DNA of 64,000 nt from Bacillota bacterium (GTDB lineage: Bacteria; Bacillota; Dethiobacteria; DTU022). Under the pieces are notes generated by a model, which ran no database searches, was not told the origin of the DNA, and saw only the letters and a program-made list of their open reading frames with translations. Location of the stretch: the NCBI GenBank assembly GCA_033549065.1, contig JAWSUE010000001.1, positions 60,944 through 124,943 of the forward strand, in the 5' to 3' direction. How positions within the stretch are numbered: position 1 is the stretch's first letter; each line of letters starts with the position of its first letter. Positions 57,007 through 64,000 of this stretch are shown here, piece by piece. The position numbers were made by a program, and so were the translations under genes.

Positions 57007-57091
57007 ACATTGACTTATTGATGAATATCTCATTTGCGCCTGCTAAAAAAGCATAATAGAGACGATCACCGTTAATATAATTTATAGCCAT
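57007..57091 (-). pseudogene. possible N-terminal stub of a DAK2-domain (YloV/FakA-like) gene
   Basis: A strong SD (AAAGGAG) precedes MAINYINGDRLYYAFLAGANEIFINKS, which resembles the first ~27 residues of DAK2-domain proteins. The conserved NVFPVPDGDTG that should follow is absent. The frame runs on into the DUF2177 remnant (ORF-track 56708..57091 is chimeric). Confidence 0.25.
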
Positions 57092-57216
57092 TTTCTACTC
57101 CTTTTTTTGGCCTGGCGTTATTAAATTCAGACTAATAATATTCGTTATTAGTTATTAATATCCTGCCTTGTAGTATTAGACATATGATCTATAGAAACTA
57201 ATGTAAAATCGAGGTT

Positions 57217-58689
57217 TTAACTGCTTTTATTGAAGGCACGGCTCCAAAGCCGTCTTGATTCAGGAAGGAAAATTACCAGTACCGTATAAACTTCAAGGCG
57301 ACCGATGATCATCATCACGGAAAGAAGGGCTTTGCCGAGAGGAGGAACAACCTGGTAGGTATAAGTCGGCCCAACCTGAGCCAGTCCAGGTCCGACATTA
57401 CCGATTGTCGCCGCAACAGCAGAAAATGAAGTATCAAGATCCAGCCCCATTGCGCTCAAAACGAGGGTGGCCATAACGGTCAGTGAGATGTATAAAAAAC
57501 CAAAACCCATAACAGATTTCAGAATCTCCTCAGAGACTGGCTGATCAGATATCTTTACCGATGATACTGCAGATGGATGAATTAAACGGTAAAGTTCGCG
57601 AAGAGAGAATTTGATCATCAGCATCCACCTTATCTGCTTGATAGAACCACCTGTAGAACCTCCACAGGCTCCGATAAACATAAGAAGCAGCAGAAGAATA
57701 CGGGAAAAATGTTTCCAGGCATCGAAATCTACTGTGGCATAACCCGTGGTAGTTACGATGGAGACAACCTGAAATGCACTCTGCCTTAATGCAACTCCCA
57801 AACCGGAGGCATGATCATAAATATTTATGGTAACCATGATTATTGAAAGTAAGATTATCATAGAATAAAAACGAAGTTCGGGATTTTTATGAATTGAAAA
57901 ATCCCCGCGCAGGAGACGGAAATATAGGACGAAGTTAATCCCTGCGAAAAACATGAATAGCATAATTACTATTTCTGCAGCGGGATTATTCAACGCAGCT
58001 ATGCTGGCATTGTATGTCGAAAAGCCCCCTGTTGGCATAGTAGTAAAAGCATGAGCAAGAGAGTCATAAAAACTAACTCCGCAAAGCATAAGCGCAATAA
58101 TTTCCAATAAAGTTAACGCAACATAGATCAACCAAAGCCGCCTGGCAGTCTCCACAACCCTGGGGACAAGCCTCTCTGCAATCGGCCCGGGCAGTTCTGC
58201 TTTGAACATGGTCATACTGCGAAATCCAAATCGGGGCAGTATTGCTAAAAAAAGTACAATAATTCCCATACCGCCAAGCCACTGGGTGAACGCACGCCAG
58301 AGAAGCAAACCCCGCGGAACATTCTCAATATCACCTATTAATGTTGCACCTGTTGTGGTTAATCCCGAAACGGTTTCAAAATAAGCATCCAGAAAGTTCC
58401 CATCAAATAAACCATAAAAATGAAAGGGTAATGCCCCGAAGATACCGGCAACCAGCCAGGCCATAGCGACGAGTGTAAAGTTTTCAACAATGCTCAGTTC
58501 TTTTCTTTGCGACTTTGAAAAATAGATAAACATAAAAAAACCTGCCGCTGCAGTTACCAAAATCGCATTCAGGAAGGCAAGCCGGTCATTCCCCTGTTCT
58601 ATTAAAGACCAGAGTGCAGGTAAAGACATGGCCAATGATAAAAAAAGCAGCATAATCCCGAGAAGATAAAAGATCCGTATGCGGCGCAT
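57217..58689 (-). CDS. trkH: TrkH-family potassium uptake membrane protein
   Basis: Polytopic membrane ORF with repeated selectivity-filter-like TTTG/TGG segments (SGLTTTGAT, IVTTTGYAT). ATG 58689 follows GAGGATG and is preferred to the GTG at 58707. Confidence 0.9.
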   Translation of the reverse strand: MRRIRIFYLLGIMLLFLSLAMSLPALWSLIEQGNDRLAFLNAILVTAAAGFFMFIYFSKSQRKELSIVENFTLVAMAWLVAGIFGALPFHFYGLFDGNFLDAYFETVSGLTTTGATLIGDIENVPRGLLLWRAFTQWLGGMGIIVLFLAILPRFGFRSMTMFKAELPGPIAERLVPRVVETARRLWLIYVALTLLEIIALMLCGVSFYDSLAHAFTTMPTGGFSTYNASIAALNNPAAEIVIMLFMFFAGINFVLYFRLLRGDFSIHKNPELRFYSMIILLSIIMVTINIYDHASGLGVALRQSAFQVVSIVTTTGYATVDFDAWKHFSRILLLLLMFIGACGGSTGGSIKQIRWMLMIKFSLRELYRLIHPSAVSSVKISDQPVSEEILKSVMGFGFLYISLTVMATLVLSAMGLDLDTSFSAVAATIGNVGPGLAQVGPTYTYQVVPPLGKALLSVMMIIGRLEVYTVLVIFLPESRRLWSRAFNKSS

Positions 58690-58742
58690 TAGAACATCCT
58701 CATCCACTTATCCAATTTATTATTTATACAGCGAAAACTACT

Positions 58743-60146
58743 CTATGATTCATAGCCGATCAGATCAATGCCCTGGATTTTTTTTGTTTCTCCCTCCAGG
58801 GAAGAGGCAAAATAGCGATCCAGTTTACTGCTGACCTGGGGTATGGCAAATATAACCAGATCGTCGCCTGGCAGCAATTCGCTATTGCCGCCGGGAATAA
58901 TTACATCATCACTCCGGACTATCGAGCCGATGATCATACCACGTGGTAGATTTGCCTCGGCAATTTTCTTATGTGCCACTTTTGCTGATTCGGGCAAAAC
59001 CAGTTCAATAATTTCAGCCTTTTCATTCTGAAGAATCGAAAGGGCAACAACATCTTCCTTGCGAATATACCTCATTATCTGGGCAGCGGCAAGAAGACGC
59101 GGATTTATCACACTATCTATGCCCAAAGTGCTGTAAACTGGTACATACTGGGGTTTCATTACCTCGCAGATTATTTTTTTTACCCCAAACTGCCGGGCCA
59201 GCAGGGCCGAAACAATATTTGACCGATCATCCCCGATGGCCGCAATGACCGCATCTGATGCTTCCAGATCCTCTTCCTTGAGCATGGCAATCTCCGTTGC
59301 ATCACCCTGAAGAACCAGGGTCTTACTTAGTTTTTTGCACAAACTTTCGCATTTAAATTCATCCTTTTCAATCAGCTTTACAGAAAAAGGCTGTTTGCTC
59401 TGTTCAAGCAATTGGGCTAACCGTAAACCGATCATCCCGCCACCCAGGATAGTTACCTGGTTAATTCTTGTTTTCTCATGATGTAACAGATTGCTGATAT
59501 CTTTTAATGTCCTGGTTTTACCAAGAAGGTATATCTTATTCCCGGGTTTGACTACATCGCGGCCTCCGGGCACAATAAATTTACCCTTTGAATCGCTGAT
59601 CCCAACTATTATTGATTCATTCTTCAGTGGTAACTTGTACAGCGGGACATCAGTGATACCAGCTTCCTTACCGACTGTTACACCTAGCATCATTACCTTT
59701 CCCTGGTTGAAATATTCAACTTCACTTGCGTCAGGGAAATGAAGCATCTTCGATATTTCCATTGCCGCTACCCGCTCGGGATTAATAATAATATCAATAC
59801 CCAACTGCCGGGGAGTCAATACTGAATCTTCATCGGCATAACCTGAATTACGAATACGGCAGACCGTCAGGGGAACTCCATACTGCTTGGCCAACATGCA
59901 GGAAATAATATTTGTTTCGTCAAACTGGGTTACAGCAATAAGCATACCGGCATTTTTTATATCAGCCCTTTCAAGCACAGATGCATTAGCCCCGTTGTCC
60001 TCGATAACCATAACATCAAGAGCTTCGGTAAATCTGCGGGCTTTTATTTCATCCCTCTCGATTACTACAACATCCTGCTGTTTTTCGGATAGATTGCGAG
60101 CCAGTCCGTAACCGACTCCGCCTCCCCCGACAACTATAATATGCAT
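58743..60146 (-). CDS. trkA: Trk system potassium uptake protein TrkA (tandem RCK)
   Basis: 467-aa ORF with two Rossmann-type RCK-N repeats (VVGGGGVGYG and ILGGGMIGLR). Confidence 0.9.
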   Translation of the reverse strand: MHIIVVGGGGVGYGLARNLSEKQQDVVVIERDEIKARRFTEALDVMVIEDNGANASVLERADIKNAGMLIAVTQFDETNIISCMLAKQYGVPLTVCRIRNSGYADEDSVLTPRQLGIDIIINPERVAAMEISKMLHFPDASEVEYFNQGKVMMLGVTVGKEAGITDVPLYKLPLKNESIIVGISDSKGKFIVPGGRDVVKPGNKIYLLGKTRTLKDISNLLHHEKTRINQVTILGGGMIGLRLAQLLEQSKQPFSVKLIEKDEFKCESLCKKLSKTLVLQGDATEIAMLKEEDLEASDAVIAAIGDDRSNIVSALLARQFGVKKIICEVMKPQYVPVYSTLGIDSVINPRLLAAAQIMRYIRKEDVVALSILQNEKAEIIELVLPESAKVAHKKIAEANLPRGMIIGSIVRSDDVIIPGGNSELLPGDDLVIFAIPQVSSKLDRYFASSLEGETKKIQGIDLIGYES

Positions 60147-60247
60147 TAATTTAAACCCTTCTTTCAGAAAAGCTGACTGTTTTATAAAAATATTGAACTA
60201 TATCATAAGCACTAGAGCAAAATTAACGGTTTATTTCTGCAAGCTTA

Positions 60248-60271
60248 AAGGGACGATACCCATCGTCCCTT
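60248..60271 (-). terminator. rho-independent terminator downstream of the ABM gene
   Basis: GGGACGAT-accc-ATCGTCCC flanked by TTAAA/TTTAA. Confidence 0.55.
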
Positions 60272-60343
60272 TAAGATATTCTGCTTACTCATATTTATAC
60301 CTTTTGAAAAAGTAGAATGCAAGCATATTTCACAATATGGGAT

Positions 60344-60634
60344 TTAAGTAATCGCCTTTAGCAGGGTAACCCGGGGCGGTTCTGTCACAGCATCTTTTAT
60401 CGCTTCCCTGTAATTCTTGTAGTGCTCGGTTTCTCGGTGTAGTTCAAGGGATTCATTGTCTGCATACGTTTCCAGAAAGTAAATCTCCCTGGGGTTTTCT
60501 TCGGAAATAAAAGGTTCATAAAAAAGACAGTCCTTTTCAAGTTCATGAACCTTTTTAGCCATAACCCGACAGGCTTCGGCAACTTCATTTTCTTTACCGG
60601 GTTTAATGCTTAATATTGCGACCAATCCGATCAT
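60344..60634 (-). CDS. antibiotic-biosynthesis-monooxygenase (ABM) domain protein
   Basis: 96-aa ORF with ferredoxin-like ABM pattern (YgiN-like): ...FLETYADNESLELHRETEHYKNY... Confidence 0.75.
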   Translation of the reverse strand: MIGLVAILSIKPGKENEVAEACRVMAKKVHELEKDCLFYEPFISEENPREIYFLETYADNESLELHRETEHYKNYREAIKDAVTEPPRVTLLKAIT

Positions 60635-60778
60635 CTTTTTATCTCCTTCCGCGGTTTACTTTTCTATTGTAAATATCAATCAGAATCTCTTTTTAAAAGG
60701 ATCGGCTTAATCTGTTAGAGAATTTGTTTAATATTATACCCGAAGATTTAAAAATATCATATAAAGGGGATATGAAAC

Positions 60779-62233
60779 TTGAATAAAGAAGATTCAGTTT
60801 TACGCATCGGGAAAAAGGCATTTATCCAATCTGCATGTATCCTCCTTGCTCTGATGGTTGTCGCCGGTTTTTTAACTTTATTTATACCCAGTGGTAGCTT
60901 TGAAACCGAGTTGGTTGAAGGAAGAACAGTTATTATTCCGGGTTCATTTCAGTTGACTGAACCTCCAGACTATCCGATCTGGCGCTGGTTTACAGCGCCC
61001 CTGGAGGTTCTTTGGGGCCCTGATGCACCGGTAATAATTACAATAATTATAGTTCTCCTCTTAATCGGCGGCTCTTTCTCCCTTTTAGATAAAGCCGGTG
61101 TTTTAAAAGCGCTGATTTCCGGCGTGATTTCGCGGTTTGGCCAAAAAAAATATTTGCTCCTGGCGATTATAGTTCTGTTCTTCATGTTATTCGGAGCACT
61201 GCTGGGTATATTCGAGGAATTTATTATCCTGGTTCCCCTGATGATTGCCCTTGCTTACCTGCTGGGGTGGGATGCCATGACCGGCCTGGGAATGAGTCTG
61301 TTAGCTGTAGCATTCGGGTTTTCAGCTGCCCTGGCAAATCCATTCACTATCGGAATTGCTCAGCGGTTGGCCGAACTGCCTGTATATTCAGGTATCGGAC
61401 TCAGGGCTGTTGTGTTTATAACAATCTATGCAATTCTAAGTTTCTTTTTAATTCGTTACGCAAAAAAAATAGAAGATAATCCAACGCTGTCACCTGTTTA
61501 TAATGATGATACATATATGCGCAGCAGATTCAAACTTACCCATGACGAATTAAATATCCATACCAACCCTGGGTTAAGGGTGTCTCTTGCATGGTTTATA
61601 ACTGCCTTAATTATTATAGTAATTATCAGTATTGGGGCTTCATTTATTCATTTGATTTCTGGAATAGCACTTCCCCTTGTCGGGTTAGTATTTCTGATCG
61701 GTGGAGTGGGTGCTTCACTACTGAGTGGTATGAAAACAAAAGACACGTTATCGATTTTTATAAAAAGCCTCGGTGGGATTGCCCCGGCTATAATACTCAT
61801 ACTGATGGCTGTCAGTGTTAAACATATAATGACAAATGCCCGGGTAATGGATACGATACTTGATTTCTCAGTTCGTACTATCAGCGGCGCAACCACTACA
61901 GCCGCAGCACTTCTTGTCTACGGCGTGGTCCTGGTATTAAACTTTTTTATCGGTTCAGCCTCTGCCAAAGCTTTCCTGATTATCCCCATAATTGCTCCCC
62001 TTGTGGATCTAGTCGGTGTCACAAGACAGACAGCGGTTTTGGCTTTCGCCTTCGGAGATGGCTTCAGCAATGTTCTTTTCCCAACAAATGCTGCACTTTT
62101 GATCGCTCTGGGCCTGGCCGGAGTCAGCTATATAAAATGGTTTCGCTGGGTAATCGTCCTGCAGCTTGTGGTACTGATTATAACGATTTCATTTGTAATA
62201 GTGGCCGTTACCTTAAACTACGGCCCGTTTTAA
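60779..62233 (+). CDS. YfcC / DcuC-like anaerobic carrier family membrane transporter
   Basis: 484-aa polytopic ORF with TTG start. The N-terminal K-A-F-I-x-S region and overall layout resemble YfcC-type putative basic amino-acid antiporters. Confidence 0.65.
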   Translation: MNKEDSVLRIGKKAFIQSACILLALMVVAGFLTLFIPSGSFETELVEGRTVIIPGSFQLTEPPDYPIWRWFTAPLEVLWGPDAPVIITIIIVLLLIGGSFSLLDKAGVLKALISGVISRFGQKKYLLLAIIVLFFMLFGALLGIFEEFIILVPLMIALAYLLGWDAMTGLGMSLLAVAFGFSAALANPFTIGIAQRLAELPVYSGIGLRAVVFITIYAILSFFLIRYAKKIEDNPTLSPVYNDDTYMRSRFKLTHDELNIHTNPGLRVSLAWFITALIIIVIISIGASFIHLISGIALPLVGLVFLIGGVGASLLSGMKTKDTLSIFIKSLGGIAPAIILILMAVSVKHIMTNARVMDTILDFSVRTISGATTTAAALLVYGVVLVLNFFIGSASAKAFLIIPIIAPLVDLVGVTRQTAVLAFAFGDGFSNVLFPTNAALLIALGLAGVSYIKWFRWVIVLQLVVLIITISFVIVAVTLNYGPF

Positions 62234-62259
62234 ACAGTAAGGGCAATATTTCCGGTATT

Positions 62260-62832
62260 TCAATTATTAACCGTCCTTCCCTTCAGCAGGTGGAAAATAG
62301 ATCTGGTATCAGGATTTACATTGCCAAAAAAAATAAAAATTAGTATTTCTTCGATAAACCCAATAATATAAATTAAAATTACTAACCTGACTAACAGTGT
62401 TGTATCAAATACAAATGAGCAGATTAAAGTAAAATAGACCATTACAGCATTGAACCGCAATATTATAGTATGCATCATAACCGGCCTACGGAACAATAAC
62501 CCTGATAGGATGAATGAAAAACCGAGAAGCGAGAAAAAGACAAACAGGTATAATTTATTTGCTGCAATAACCTCGGGGAACAGATAATTTAAAAAAAAAG
62601 CTGAAGATATGTAGAAAAAAAGATCAGCCAGGGAATCGAGCTCCTTGCCAAAATGAGAAACCTGGTTAAGCCTTCTGGCAAATATTCCATCAAAAAAATC
62701 AGTTGAACCGATTAGAATATATCCTGCCAAAAAAAGATAATGATGTCCGGAATAGAGGATAATAAAAAGAAGAGGAAGTAAAACGATTCTTGATAGAGAC
62801 AATATATTAGGTATGGTAAGCTTACCTGTCAA
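62260..62832 (-). CDS. CDP-alcohol phosphatidyltransferase family protein
   Basis: 190-aa membrane ORF with signature D-x2-DG-x2-AR-x8-G-x3-D-x3-D (DFFDGIFARRLNQVSHFGKELDSLAD). Confidence 0.8.
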   Translation of the reverse strand: MTGKLTIPNILSLSRIVLLPLLFIILYSGHHYLFLAGYILIGSTDFFDGIFARRLNQVSHFGKELDSLADLFFYISSAFFLNYLFPEVIAANKLYLFVFFSLLGFSFILSGLLFRRPVMMHTIILRFNAVMVYFTLICSFVFDTTLLVRLVILIYIIGFIEEILIFIFFGNVNPDTRSIFHLLKGRTVNN

Positions 62833-62886
62833 TAATACACCCCCTTAGTTATAATGATCCAATTCTAACATAAATTTATATTTAAC

Positions 62887-64000
62887 TTATAGATAGGTAA
62901 ATTTATCAACATCGAAAAGGCCTCGATCGGTAATTTTCAGGGAAGGAATTACCGGTAAAGCCATGAATGCAAGCGTCAGGAATGGTTGGGGAAGCCTGGT
63001 CCCCAACTTTCCGGCAGCCAGGAGGATATTATTCATCTCATCGGCAACCTGTGCTGCAGAATCAACTGACATCAACCCGGCAGCCTCCAGAGGAAGTAAA
63101 GCCTTCAATTGATTTTCTTCACCAACAACCGCAAAACCTCCACCGATTCTGACTAACTCATTAACAGCAAGAGCCATTGCTGATTCGGATGCTCCTACAA
63201 CAATAATGTTATGAGAATCATGGGCTACACTTGATGCCAGAGCACCGTATTTCAGATCAAAACCACTGATCAAACCTACAGCAATATTACCGTTTTTACC
63301 GTGTCTCTCAATCACAGAAATCTTATTTATGCCAGATTCGGTAATTGAACTTACTTCACCGTTCCCCATGCGGGGCAAATCAAGCTCCAGTTTCTCTGTA
63401 ACCAGTTGTCCCGGCACTACACCAATAACCGGAATTCTGCCTGGTGGATATTTTAATGTGAAATCAGCTTCAGTAATTGTCTTGTTAATCTTTACAGAAT
63501 TTCGTGCAAAAGGTGGTAAAGTAAATTGGGGTATCGAAGCTTCTATTTTCCCTTCGCGAGCTACAATCCGGCCATCTTTTATTACCACTAGTGGCTTAAA
63601 TGCTTTCAGGTCTTCAAAAACTACCAGATCAGCCCGTTTACCCGGTGTAATCATACCCCGGTCATAGAGTCTGTAGTGGTTTGCTGCACTTAATGTCGCC
63701 AGCCTCAGCATCAGTAAGGGGTCGCCGTCTATCTTAACAGCAGCCCGGAGAATTCCATTTACATGACCCTGTGTCAGGAGTTCTCCGGCATCACGATCAT
63801 CACTGCCAAACATAAACTGGCTGCTGTTTGCTCTGGTAACCAGCGGAAGCAGCTCATCCAGGCTGGATGTTGCCGATCCGTGACGGATAATAATTTTCAT
63901 ACCGTACCTTAGTTTTTCCATCGCCTCTCGAGCAGTAATACATTCGTGATCAGTAGAAATCCCAGATGTCAGATAAGCCTGCAGTTCTCTGCCACTTAGA
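62887..64000 (-). CDS. ade: adenine deaminase, C-terminal ~370 residues (5' end beyond window)
   Basis: The frame stays open upstream of the ORF-track Met (63921) to the window edge (...SGRELQAYLTSGISTDHECITAREAMEKLRYGMKIIIRHGS...). ITPGKRADLVVF and the C-terminal Ade domain are present. Confidence 0.85.
   Translation of the reverse strand, partial: LSGRELQAYLTSGISTDHECITAREAMEKLRYGMKIIIRHGSATSSLDELLPLVTRANSSQFMFGSDDRDAGELLTQGHVNGILRAAVKIDGDPLLMLRLATLSAANHYRLYDRGMITPGKRADLVVFEDLKAFKPLVVIKDGRIVAREGKIEASIPQFTLPPFARNSVKINKTITEADFTLKYPPGRIPVIGVVPGQLVTEKLELDLPRMGNGEVSSITESGINKISVIERHGKNGNIAVGLISGFDLKYGALASSVAHDSHNIIVVGASESAMALAVNELVRIGGGFAVVGEENQLKALLPLEAAGLMSVDSAAQVADEMNNILLAAGKLGTRLPQPFLTLAFMALPVIPSLKITDRGLFDVDKFTYL

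Noticed and set aside
60147-60343. Possible c-di-AMP or other riboswitch upstream of trkA-trkH.
   Set aside because: After the ABM-gene terminator only ~100 nt remain before the trkA ATG, and no conserved riboswitch-like structure is visible.
1-64000. Looked for CRISPR arrays, tRNA/rRNA genes, transposases, integrases, phage or plasmid modules, toxin-antitoxin pairs and reverse transcriptases.
   Set aside because: No regularly spaced direct repeats, no cloverleaf-like or rRNA-like segments, and no ORF with the corresponding motifs were seen by eye. A covariance-model or HMM scan would be needed to be certain about small RNAs.

Overview
Gene-dense chromosomal window with about 60 protein genes. 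The organism looks like a low-GC, Gram-positive-type anaerobe, probably Firmicutes/Clostridia-like: strong GGAGG Shine-Dalgarno sites, MrfAB, YlbF, Lgt and an anaerobic Ni-CO dehydrogenase. By eye I found no rRNA, tRNA, CRISPR array, transposase, integrase or phage genes, so this reads as core genome rather than a mobile island.

Content from start to end:
- partial Fe-S protein
- mrfA-mrfB repair helicase/exonuclease pair
- metY-metX-metW
- dtxR-feoA-feoB
- MFS transporter
- exported MsrB lipoprotein and lgt
- an 824-aa CoA-disulfide-reductase/rhodanese/TusA/DsrE fusion
- arsR plus ArsP-type permease
- agmatinase
- two paralogous membrane-anchored beta-helix proteins and a 4x-repeat lipoprotein
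- DUF523/DUF1722 protein and serC
- two ABC-2 exporters and an MFS transporter
- Rrf2-cooS-RACo-like-macro cluster
- an orphan 845-aa HerA/FtsK-like ATPase
- unknown protein-mscS-panE-like operon
- typA and a PIG-L deacetylase
- Rrf2-cysK-nifS-thiF-like operon
- LOG protein, 2-hydroxyacid dehydrogenase, class II photolyase, SSF symporter, ylbF-like
- a 1.6-kb stretch of gene remnants
- trkH-trkA, ABM monooxygenase, YfcC-type carrier, CDP-alcohol phosphatidyltransferase, partial adenine deaminase

Sulfur, persulfide and Fe-S functions recur across the window.

Most notable observations:
1. An orphan cooS operon is headed by an Rrf2 regulator and paired with a corrinoid-activase-like ATPase and a macro domain, with no ACS/CoFeSP/CooC/CooF genes in the window.
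2. A stand-alone HerA-like ATPase carries a long coiled-coil tail.
3. A cluster of four adjacent decayed genes includes a CstB-like MBL-rhodanese gene whose deletion junction lies at two H-x-P-G motifs.
4. Two essential-type genes (typA and an ABC ATPase) have P-loops upstream of any canonical start codon.

I cannot claim a clearly novel multi-gene system. All family calls come from motif reading and memory, not from searches.
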